DNA of 64,000 nucleotides from contig OX597824.1 of the NCBI GenBank assembly GCA_951406725.2, positions 19,964,001 to 20,028,000 of the forward strand, in the 5' to 3' direction. Both the position numbers and the translations under genes were made by a program. The DNA is from Octopus vulgaris. Lineage: Eukaryota. Position 1 is the stretch's first letter. Each line of letters begins with the position of its first letter. Shown here piece after piece: positions 53,436-64,000 of the stretch. Under the pieces are notes generated by a model. The model made no database searches. It had not been told where the DNA came from and was given only the letters and a program-made list of their open reading frames with translations.

Positions 53436-54320
53436 GGCGGCAAACTGGCAGAATCATTAGCATTCTGGACAAAATTCTTAGCAGTATTTCATCTGCCACA
53501 ACATTCTGAGTTCAAATTCCACTGAGGTTGGCTTTGCCTTTCATCCTTTTGGGGTCAATAAAGTACTGGGATCGATGTACCTATAGTAGAAAGGATTATT
53601 ATTATTATTATTATTATTATTGTTGTTGTTGTTGTTGTTGTGGTTTGTTGGCAGAATCATAAATACCCTGGGCAAAATGCTTTGTGGCATTTCATCCATC
53701 TTTATGTTCGGGGTTCAAATTCTCCCTAGGTCAACTTTGCCTTTTGTCCTTTCTGGGTCAATAAGAATAAGTACCCGTTGTGTACTGGGGGTGGGGAATC
53801 GGGGGGGGTGCTCGATGTTTTCAACTCATCCTCTCCCCCAAAACTGCAATCCTTCTGCCAAAATTTGAAACCATTATTATTATTGTTATTATTATTATTA
53901 TTATTATTAATTTCTGCTGTGGTCAACTTTGCCTTTCATCCTTTCGGTGTCGATAAATTAAGTACCAGTAAAATGCTGGGGCCAATGTAATCAACTAGTC
54001 CTCTCCCACCAAAATTTCAGACCTTGTGTCTATAGTAGAAAGGATTATTGTTATTATCATTATTATTATTATTATTATCATCATTATTGAGGCAATAAGC
54101 TGGCAGAATCATTACCAAGCCAGAAAAATGCTTAGCAGCATTTCTTGCAACCTGACATTCTAAGTTCAAATGCTGGCAAGGTCGACTTTCTTTTTCATTC
54201 TTTCAAGGTCAAAAAAATAAATAGCAGTAGTGAACTGGGGTTGATGTAATTGACTTAGACCCTCTCTTTCTCCCCCCCCCCCCAAAAAAAATTGCTGGCT
54301 TTGTGCCAAAATTTGAAACC
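53435..54320 (+). mobile_element. Cluster of 4-5 older SINE B-related copies separated by (ATT)n tails
   Basis: Repeated CTGGCAGAATCATTAG...TCAACTTTGCCTTTCATCCTTT...TATAGTAGAAAGG(ATT)n. Confidence 0.8.
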
Positions 54321-54508
54321 ATTATGTTATGATTTGGTTTTGCTTTAATTTATATGAATTGCCCCCAAATCTCAACAAAAGATGTCAAAAGATATGTATG
54401 TATGTAATTGAAAAAATTCATTATAGGTATAAAAATACCATAAACAAGTATAAAAATGGAGAAAATATGTTAAAATCAAAATTGAATTCAATACAAAATT
54501 GAATTCAG

Positions 54509-54615
54509 TACATACACATGTTTCAAACGACAATACAAATATTTAAGAAAAATTTATAATAATGATAATTATAATTAAAATTATAACTAAAGTTATGCGT
54601 CGTCATTCTCATCAG
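54509..54615 (-). ncRNA. Hammerhead-like motif with a large AT-rich loop II (degenerate)
   Basis: Minus strand: CTGATGA-GAATGACGA(about 66 nt)TTGTCGTTT-GAAA-CATGTG. Stem II has 9 bp including G-U pairs. Stem I is poorly supported. Confidence 0.45.
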
Positions 54616-54738
54616 TGTGAAGAATTTTTAGGAAGAACATCAAAAAAGTTCTTAATAAAAATTCAATAAAGAAAAACAGATGGGGTAAAAATGGGGAAAA
54701 TTATCCCGGATATCTACAAACAAGTTATATAAGGGAAA

Positions 54739-54770
<32 letters not shown>

Positions 54771-55115
54771 GAGAGGCGAAAAAGAAAGATATATCAATGT
54801 GTATACAAGTCTATTTGTGCAAAAGGCTATAACTTAAATCAGAGTGTGTATCGGGGTGGGGGGTAATATTCTGATTACTGATCCCCTTGTATTTTCTTTT
54901 ACCAAAGTCAGGAACTTTTCAGCCCCCACCTCATATGTTGAAGGAATATTATATAAGATAAGATAATGCAAATGGATTAGTTGATTCCATATAAGGAAGT
55001 TCTTCTATGTCTGTGTCTGCAGCTGTAGAACAATTGTAGTGCGGTTATAATACTCAGGGCAGCCTGTGGGTGTATAGCAATTGTGAAGGGTCTTCTAATG
55101 CAGAATAAATTCCCA

Positions 55116-55228
55116 TTTAGTAGAAGTAACAGAGTGAATCAAGGTCTGAGAGTTTCATGTGTTGGCCCTTTATAAGGACCAATGCTCAAAATTCTTCGAC
55201 CTTGAATCACTCTGTTACTTCTGCTAAA
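55116..55228. repeat. Gapless 113-nt hairpin/palindrome
   Basis: 55 symmetric positions: 44 Watson-Crick, 5 G-U, 6 mismatches. The loop is TAT at 55171-55173. Confidence 0.92.
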
Positions 55229-56459
55229 CATTAATTTTTTTTCTTTTGCGAACACTAGTTACCACCATCTGATGATACATTCTGTATTTTAAATATTACG
55301 TAAGCTGTCTGAGTCAGAAAACATTCCTGTTCCTGATCATGACAATGCAGGGGAGGCCCTAACCCTATTAAGTGAAAATCCTGCCCTTTCTGCAGTTAGC
55401 CCTTCAGTTGTTTTTCAAGCAAGGCTAGAAATATTTTTTTTAGCAAAAGAACTTAGAATTACTTCCTGGTGTGTTTTACCATTTACTAAATGCCTTGTCT
55501 TTGAGTTAAACCAGGTTTTCCCCAACTCCAGATGACAATGCTTTAACTATTAGCTAGAGCTCTGCTGCCCCACCAATTGTCATCATCATCATCATCATTT
55601 TTAGCAACATCTGTTTTTCTGTGCAAGAATGGTTTGTATATGTCTTGAGTGCATCATCTCTCCATGTGTCTTAACTAGACATCATACCACCAGAAATACC
55701 CAGACATTTAAGGTTCTCTGTATATGCCAACAGCTATTTGATTTTCTCTTTGTAACTTCCCCTACTAACCAAAACTGTTTCTACTCAGCATTTGTAATCT
55801 GTTTCCATTATCACACACACACACACACACGTGTGTATGTGTATGAATGTATTTTGGTATGTATGTTTATATGTATATACAGATATATGTATGCATGTAT
55901 GTATGTATAAGGTGATAACACTAATGTATACGCTTCTGTGATAAATGTACTCCATTTTGTTGTTACTCAATCCTTGAATTAACAGGATGCTTAATTATTG
56001 TCAATTAGTAAACATTAATTGGTTAATTCATGAAGTGTTACAAAGACAACAGCCTGGATCTGAAAGATTGCTATTTTCATGTATAAAGGGCTCACACACA
56101 AGCACATGGAGCAGGCAAGGGGTCTGTTGAAATGGCAGCCACTCAACTCATTCCGTAATTCACATTCTACAAACTATATCCAGTTGAGTGCCTCTTGATT
56201 CCTTGAGGTCCTTCTAACTCCTAATAGTTACTGTCATGCCATAAAACCACTCCTTAACAACAGCGTTTCTCAACCGGGGTTCCACAAAAGGTACCTAGGG
56301 TTTCCATGAGAAAGAGTGAGATAAGCTAATGCTAATTTCATGGTTGTAGTATTACTATACATACACGACATATTATTGGTTATTGTAATATAGACATCAT
56401 CTTATCTACCCTATTGTTATCAGATAAATATAACAACCATATATATATATATGTCGTCA

Positions 56460-56640
56460 TGATAGATCGTTAGCCACTACACACATTTTTTTCTCTCCTT
56501 GTTTTTTCTGCGTCCCTTTCTGTAGAAGAGCGTAGGCTCAAAATGTAAGACTTTTTCTATGCCTGAGCGTTTTACTAATACATCTGTTTGTTTTGTACAC
56601 CACCTGTCTTCGTCTTGTTTTTTTCATAAAACTCTCCCTA
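56460..56640 (+). mobile_element. Short Penelope-like terminal-repeat relic with a mutated hammerhead motif (56516-56550)
   Basis: CTTT-CTGTAGA-A-GAGC(GTAG)GCTC-AAAA-TGTA. Shares the downstream CCTGAGC...TAATAC with the 52040 copy. Confidence 0.5.
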
Positions 56641-56990
56641 GATATATGTATATATATATATGATATTTACCACATAAACTACAATGAAAAGAATATGAGA
56701 AAGATATGGTATATAATTTTTTTTGTGCAGGGATTCCTTGAGACATGTAATTTATTTTAAGGGTTGCACAAGGGTAAAACAGTTGAGAAACTCTGACCTA
56801 ATCATTAGGCCACAAGCCTTCCCATAGACTGTTATTCAGTTTAAAATCTATTTAATCCACTTGTATAGTTCTTACCCAGGAATATTCACCTGTGAACCCA
56901 TTCCTTCTCCGCCCACAGATTCTTTAGAAGCTCTCAGATCTCATCCCATTGTATTCTTCTCCCATTTCTCTTAGCAATGTTGTTACAGAA

Positions 56991-57202
56991 TTAACCCTTT
57001 TGTTACCATATATATGTTGAGATACTCTGTGTTTCTTTCCATTAATTTTAAATATAACAAAGAATTTAGTAAAATAACTTAGTTATCATTAATCTAGTGT
57101 TAGGAACATAAATTGTGACTAAGGTTTGGTGGAAGATTTTAATTCAGAACTTTTGAAAACAAGACAGAGGCGTTTCAGGCGGGTTGGTATCAAAAGGGTT
57201 AA
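56991..57202. mobile_element. TTAA-flanked piggyBac-like MITE (family 1)
   Basis: TTAACCCTTTTG...CAAAAGGGTTAA. Reverse complement of 18530-18759. Confidence 0.88.
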
Positions 57203-57367
57203 TAGCATTTTTGTTGGATTGAAGGTCTGTCCAATAACATATTAAACTGTTCATAGGTGAATCTTGGTTTCCTTCTCATTCCTGGTAGTGCTGCCAATCT
57301 TTTGCGACTGACCAATCACATAGCATAATGGGCAATGTAATGGTCCACCCTTCTCCAGAAACTCAAA

Positions 57368-57864
57368 GTGGGTAATTAGTCCCTGCTTGTGGCCATTTAC
57401 CCCTGAACACATAGAAACATGCAGTAGTATATCCGATTCGTCTCTGGTCCAGCATCTCTCCACTCGTGGCTCTCACTTCCAAAATAACCTTTGACATTTT
57501 TTCACGCCTTCAGGAACTCTCTTCCTGTTCATGTGTTCTTCCTAAACAAGAACACCAGTGGATATAACCGATTCCAACCATTCCTTTATATCATATATCC
57601 CCATCCTTAGGGGCTGAGTGGGTAATTTGTCCCTGCCTGTGGCCATTTACCCCTGAACATATTAGAAACATGCAGCAGTACATCCGATTCGTCTCTGGTC
57701 CAGCATCTCTCCAAACATGGCTCTCACTTCCAAAATAACCTTTGACATTTTTTCACACCTTCAGGAACTCTCTTCCTGTTCATGTGGTGTTCTTCCTAAA
57801 CAAGAACACCAGTGGATATAACCGCTCCCAAGCATTCCTTTATACCATATATTTCCATCCTTAG
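57368..57864. repeat. 250-bp tandem duplication
   Basis: Units start at 57368 and 57618 (GTGGGTAATT.GTCCCTGC.TGTGGCCATTTACCCCTGAACA) and end in CCATCCTTAGG. Confidence 0.92.
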
Positions 57865-57889
57865 GTGCTGATACGGTTATAAGCTGCGC

Positions 57890-57926
<37 letters not shown>

Positions 57927-58351
57927 TACCTTGGAGTAAATGTTTGTAGAAATATTCCAAAAGCCACTCTCCCACACACACACATACACACGCAATTATC
58001 TCCCGTTTTCTAGTTATGTCCCTTCAACACTGCAATAAGTCTACCCTTCATTCTAGCAGTTGATTATGGCTAAATGTAGGTTGCAGCGTTTGCACAGTAA
58101 CTGCAGTTTCTGCACTGCATGCACCAGCGCTGGGAGTTGTCTGTCAGCCTATCATTGTACACGTACCTCCCCCTCCTCCTCCAGATCTCTGTGTATATTC
58201 TAACTGTCACTCACTCACTCACTCACTCACTGTCTCTCCATCTCTCTTTACTCCCCTCAAACCCTCCCTCTCGTTAATTTCCTCATTTATCAGCCTTTCT
58301 CTCTATTCTTCTCCTATATTTTTTAATTCTTATTGTTTTCCTTGTCATCTC

Positions 58352-58382
<31 letters not shown>

Positions 58383-58573
58383 CACACACACACAATGAAT
58401 GTGTAGATATGTGTGAGTATATATATATATATATATATAGTCATCCCATCACCAGTAATATACAGCCTTGTCCACATCTTCCAAAGTGGTTTTGTTCTGC
58501 TATTCATCCTCACGGTACATGAATATCTCCACATCTCCGCTCCTCATCTTGTTACTTACACATATGTAATACG

Positions 58574-58609
58574 TCTATCACCCTATCTATCCATCTATCT
58601 CTCCATCCT

Positions 58610-58647
<38 letters not shown>

Positions 58648-58798
58648 AGTCTATCTATCTATCTATCTGTCTGTCTGTCTGTCTATCTATTTATCCATCT
58701 ATCTATTTATCCATCTATCTATTTATCTATCTATCTATCTACCATCTATCTATCTATCTGTCTGTCCATCTATCTATCTATCTATCTATCTATCACCG

Positions 58799-58838
<40 letters not shown>

Positions 58839-59107
58839 CCATCTATCTATTTATCTATCTATCTATTTATCTATCTATCTATCTACCCATCTATCTATCT
58901 ATCTGTCTGTCCATCTATCTATCTATCTATCTATCTATCACCGTATCTATCTATCTATCTATCTATCTATCTGTCTGTCCATCTATCTATCTATCTATCT
59001 ATCTATCCATCCATCCATCCATCCATCCATCCATCCATCCATCCATCCATCTATCTATCTAACTGTCCATCTATCTATCTATTTATCTATCTATCTAACT
59101 GTCCATC

Positions 59108-59138
<31 letters not shown>

Positions 59139-59203
59139 CTCTGTTTTCTCTTTCTGTCTATTCATCTCTGTCTATCTACCTAGTTGTCTGTCTATCAATC
59201 TAC

Positions 59204-59243
<40 letters not shown>

Positions 59244-59272
59244 TAATCTATATATCTATCTATCTATCTATC
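58574..59272. repeat. (TATC)n/(TCCA)n/(TGTC)n tetranucleotide microsatellite, about 700 bp
   Basis: Seen directly. Explains the YLSI-repeat ORF. Confidence 0.97.
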
Positions 59273-59511
59273 TGTGTATCTCCCTTTTTCAGTCTGTGTG
59301 TGTATATATATGTCTGTGTGTGTGTAGGCAGGCATAACTAATTGGCTAAGAAGTCCATTCCCCAACCATATAATTCCGGGCTGGATAAGTTGACCAATGC
59401 CTTGTGAGTAAAATTCGGTAAGCCCAATCTGTGTGTGTGTGTGTGTTTGTGCTTGTACTTGCATACATCTACATTTGTGTGTGTGTGTGTTTGTGCTTCC
59501 ATACATCTACA

Positions 59512-59550
<39 letters not shown>

Positions 59551-60003
59551 TGGTTCCCGCACACCATTTGTTCACCATTTGTTCAGTTAAGTGTTTGCTA
59601 ATACATTCTCTGCAAACCTATCAACATAGCAATCACTGCTGTAGTTGACGATGTCAGTTTTATGGGGGGGGACACACAGTTGAAATATTGATGTACACAG
59701 ATGAGAGTTTAATGCCGTTACATGAGGGGGCTGTGGTGTATGTGTGGGTGCGGTGAGGTGGGATGTGATGCAAGATACATGTTGGTGTTGTGGTTGCTTA
59801 ATGTAGTGAGCGCCGGTGGTAGTGGTGGTGGGGGGGCTTCGGTAATGTGGTCGAGTATGAAATAATATATTAAGGCTCTTAGAAATTCCAATATGATTGG
59901 TTTTAATTTGTACCAAGACCACGATTTATTCTGATAATATTTGAATTCATTTTGTTTTTTGTTTTTTCTTAACTCTAGTGCTTTCTATCTGTAAGTGTAA
60001 CCT

Positions 60004-60868
60004 TGACCAAGTTGCTGGTCAGCTAAGTTCATGTTGGAACTGATCCCGCTGGACATTGATGAAAATGATCAGCTGGTGGGGGTGTGGCTAATGGACTGGT
60101 CAGCTAAGTGCGGCTGTTTCAGGATTGATCAGTTGAGTGTGGCTGTTCTCAGACTGGTCAGCTGGGTGTGGCTGTTAGACTGGTCAGCTGTGTCTATTGT
60201 GGGATTGGTCAGTTGAGTGTGGCTGTAGGAATGGTCAGCTAGATGTGATTGCTGCAGGACTGGTCAGCTGGGTGTGGCTATTAGACTGGTCAGCTGGGTG
60301 TGGCTTTTAGACTGGTCAGCTGGGTGTGGCTATTAGACTGGTCAGCTGTGTCTATTGTGGGATTGGTCAGTTGAGTGTGGCTGTAGGAATGGTCAGCTAG
60401 ATGTGATTGCTGCAGGACTGGTCAGCTGGGTGTGGCTATTAGACTGGTCAGCTGGGTGTGGCTTTTAGACTGGTCAGCTGGGTGTGGCTATTAGACTGGT
60501 CAGCTGTGTCTATTGTGGGATTGGTCAGTTGAGTGTGGCTGTAGGAATGGTCAGCTAGATGTGATTGCTGCAGGACTGGTCAGCTGGGTGTGGCTATTAG
60601 ACTGGTCAGCTTTGTCTATTGTGGGATTGGTCAGCTGAGTGTAGCTATTGGAATGGTCAGCTAGATGTGATTGCTGCAGGACTGGTGTCAGCTGTTGTCA
60701 GACTGGTCAACTGTGTATGGTTGTTTGTAAGATTAGTCAGCTGGGTGTGGCTGTTGCTAGACTGGTCAGCTGAATGTGTATGGCTGAAGTACTAGTTAAC
60801 TGAATGTGGCTACTGAAAGAGACATTAGCTGGATACAAACTAAGAGGGAATGACCAGGTGGGTGTGGC
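60004..60868. repeat. About 26-bp minisatellite with a 158-bp higher-order repeat and near-invariant TGGTCAG core
   Basis: Unit spacings 25, 26, 29, 26, 26, 26. Higher-order repeat starts at 60181, 60339 and 60497. About 24 TGGTCA plus 2 TGACCA by manual count. Confidence 0.95.
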
Positions 60869-61134
60869 TCCGATAGAATTTCAATATTCAATATCTTGCA
60901 TGAATTCTTCATTATTTTAAAAATTAATTGAGACAATTAATTGAGGCAGAATTTGTTAGCATGCCAGACAAAAAATACTTAGCAACATTTTTTCGGGGTT
61001 TACATTCTGAGTTCAAATTCTAGGTTGGTCCCCTCCCACAAAATTTCAGGGCTTGTGTATATAATAGAAAGGGTGGTTGTTGTTGTTGTTAGCACAGTGG
61101 ATATCAGAATTAGAAGGGTGTAAACTGAAATCCT

Positions 61135-61583
61135 TTAACCCTTTCGTTACTGTATTTATTTTGAGATATCTGTATTTCTTTCAGTTAATCTTAAATATAA
61201 CAAAGAATTTAGTAAAATAACTTAGTTGTCATTAGGCTAGTGTTAGGAACATAAATTGTGACTAAGGTTTGGTGGAAGATTTTTAATTCAAAACTTATGA
61301 AAATTAGACATTTGTACTACAGAACCAGAACCGGTTTCAGCCGGGTTGGAAATAAAAGGGTTAACCCTTTTGTTACCATATTTCTGTTGAGATGCTCTGT
61401 GTTACTTTCAATTAATTTTAAATATAACATAACAAAGAATTCAGTAAAATAGCTTAGTTATCATTAATCTAGTGTTAGGAACATAAACTGGAAGATTTTT
61501 TTAAATTCAAAACTTATGCAAACAAGACATTTGTACTACAGAGCCAGAGGCGGTTTCAGGTGGGTTGGTAACGAAAGGGTTCA
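61135..61583. mobile_element. Head-to-tail dimer of TTAA MITE family 1 sharing one TTAA (61361-61364)
   Basis: TTAACCCTTT...AAAGGG-TTAA-CCCTTT...AAAGGG-TTCA. Confidence 0.88.
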
Positions 61584-62184
61584 AAGTATTGTCCCCTTAT
61601 ATTCTCATTTCAAATCTCGCTGGGGGTGGACTTGACCATTCATCCTCCCGATGGGGCGGGGGGTTACCATTAAAATAATGGCAACGAAATACCAGAAATC
61701 TTCTCTCGCGCTCCTTCCTCTGTCCCTACATCCGAAAATCCCCGTTAGTAATATAATTGTTATATTGCCAAAGGTTTTATAATATTGTAACTTGAATATC
61801 CACCTTTTCATAGCATACTTTCTGACACCTCCAACATGGCCGGCTGGCTGGCTGGCTGGCTGGTTGGCTGGTGGGTGGGTGGGTGGAACAGTTGTTTGTT
61901 TCTTTACTTAGTCATAGCTGTGTAGCTGTCGGCTGTGACTGCAACCAGTTCCATCTGGTTCTTTACCTCTCTGTCTTCTTAAGCAGCTGTAATTAACATA
62001 AAATCCTTCCACCAAATATCTTCACTCACACACACACACACACACACTTGCATGTGTGTGTACATAATATGCTAGTTCTTTGTATAGTGCGGGTATGGAA
62101 TGAGAATATGGACAACAGAGGTTTAGGTGCTTTTGTTGTGTGTGTGTGTGTGTAACTACTTGGACACAAGGTAATGCTGATGAT

Positions 62185-63106
62185 TATGTGTGTGAGAGTA
62201 TTTTTATATGTGTGTGTATTTTTGTATTTATGTGTATATATATATATGTGTGTATGTGTATGTATATATATATATGTGTGTGTGTATGTATATATATATA
62301 TGTGTGTATGTGTATGTATATATATATATATGTATATGTCTATGTATGTATGTATATATATATATATGTATATGTCTATGTATGTATATATATATATATA
62401 TATGTATGTGTGTATGTATATGTATGTGTGTGTATATATATGCGTGTATGTATATGTATATTTGCGTATGTATATATATGTATACGTATATGTCTGTGTA
62501 TCTGTATGTATGTGTGTGTGTGTGTATGTCTGTTATGTGTGTGTATGTATATACATACATGTGTATGTATGTGTATATGTGTTTGTGTATATATACATGT
62601 GTATGTATGTGTGTGTATATGTATCTATGTATGTATATATATATATATATATATGTATGAGTATATGTATATGTGTGTGTGATGTATATATAGAAACACA
62701 CACATACGCATATTTTTTTTTTATCATCCATAAGATATCAAGTTTGTTTACTGTTCGCATGTATTGATCTGTGTGATTGGAAGCATTTGACTATTGGACA
62801 CAATTAGCTTGAAAGCAATCCCACCACAACTGCAAAAAAAAAATGAGAGAAAAAACGCCTGTGATGGATGATGAGGAGGAGGAGGAGGCAGGATAGGGTA
62901 GGGAGATGAACTGCACTTTCTGCTTCATGTCCATCTTCATAAGAATGGGTTTCGTGTTCCCTATCACCAGATTTAGCCAAACCCTCTGTCAGACAAGTGT
63001 GAAAACCGTTTTTTTGGTGTATTGGATATAGGTTTTGAAGCAAGTACATTTTTTTTTCATATATATATTAGATATAGGTTTTGAAGTGTGTATGTGTCCG
63101 CCTAAG

Positions 63107-63143
<37 letters not shown>

Positions 63144-63172
63144 ATATATATATGTATGTGTGTGTGTGTGTG

Positions 63173-63207
<35 letters not shown>

Positions 63208-63428
63208 AGGCATAAAAAGCAGAGCCTTCTGCAATTTGGCATCAAGTACATTAAAAACACAGGATATACAAAATATACAAAGCAACTTAGGAATGGAGGA
63301 GCGAGTAATGTCAACATTTTGTGTAATATCATTCCTTTATTTTATGCTTTGTGTGTACATGCATAGATACAAACATACATAAATAGATGCATACATACAT
63401 ACATACATATATATATATATACATATAT

Positions 63429-63459
<31 letters not shown>

Positions 63460-63548
63460 CATATATATATAAACATACATATATATATACATGCATATAT
63501 ATATACATACATATATACACATATATATATACACATATATATATATAC

Positions 63549-63593
<45 letters not shown>

Positions 63594-63680
63594 CATATAT
63601 ATATATACATACATATATATATATACATACATATATATATATACATACATATATATATATATACATGCATATATACATAT

Positions 63681-63762
<82 letters not shown>

Positions 63763-63810
63763 CACACACATATATATAGTTGTGTGTATATATATATAGA
63801 TATCGATATA
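62185..63810. repeat. (TA)/(TG)/(TACA) microsatellite fields
   Basis: Seen at 62185-62710, 63105-63207 and 63360-63800. Confidence 0.92.
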
Positions 63811-63867
63811 TCATATTGACTTGGTGTTACTGCCATATATATTTCATTCCCGTATCTAAGAATTTCT

Positions 63868-63940
63868 CACTAATTTTCCTTTCACACGCACAAATCAAAT
63901 CTCTGCCATTTTTCTGTCCTGCGTGAACTTTCCACTTTCC

Positions 63941-63978
<38 letters not shown>

Positions 63979-64000
63979 CCTTTCTTCTTTTCTCCTCTAG
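63868..64000 (+). other. Strong 3' splice acceptor (next BCL11 exon or another ratchet point begins at 64001)
   Basis: About 70-nt near-pure pyrimidine tract ending TCTCCTCTAG. Branch-like CACTAAT at 63868-63874. No AG between 63861 and 63998. Confidence 0.75.

Noticed and set aside
58413-59183. 256-aa YLSI-repeat ORF
   Set aside because: (TATC)n microsatellite.
60004-60868. Minisatellite as a CRISPR array
   Set aside because: The constant part is only about 7-10 nt and the inter-repeat sequences themselves recur in a 158-bp period. No cas genes.

Overview
AT-rich, microsatellite- and SINE-dense animal genomic DNA. The repeat families look cephalopod, most likely Octopus (inference from recalled repeat sequences). 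The whole window appears to lie inside one + strand gene, a BCL11A/BCL11B (CTIP)-family zinc-finger transcription factor. The only credible coding exon is 38045-38455 (411 nt, phase 1-1), which encodes the N-terminal C2HC finger ([28 protein letters not shown]). The rest is two very long introns, and the window ends exactly on a strong 3' splice acceptor. The introns hold four SINE families, TTAA-type MITEs, non-autonomous Helitrons, Penelope-like relics with minimal hammerhead-ribozyme folds, a degenerate intron-containing tRNA-Met, and tandem and inverted repeats. The best leads are (1) a consensus recursive-splicing (ratchet) site, YAG|GTAAGT at 97/98, (2) an intronic minisatellite with about 26 copies of the vertebrate BCL11 binding motif TGGTCA/TGACCA, possibly autoregulatory, and (3) several hammerhead-like motifs, including a covarying GCAA variant. 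Apart from the BCL11 exon, the supplied ORFs are almost all microsatellite or SINE artefacts, plus a few retroelement-relic fragments. Repeat coordinates were read by eye and may be off by 10-20 nt.
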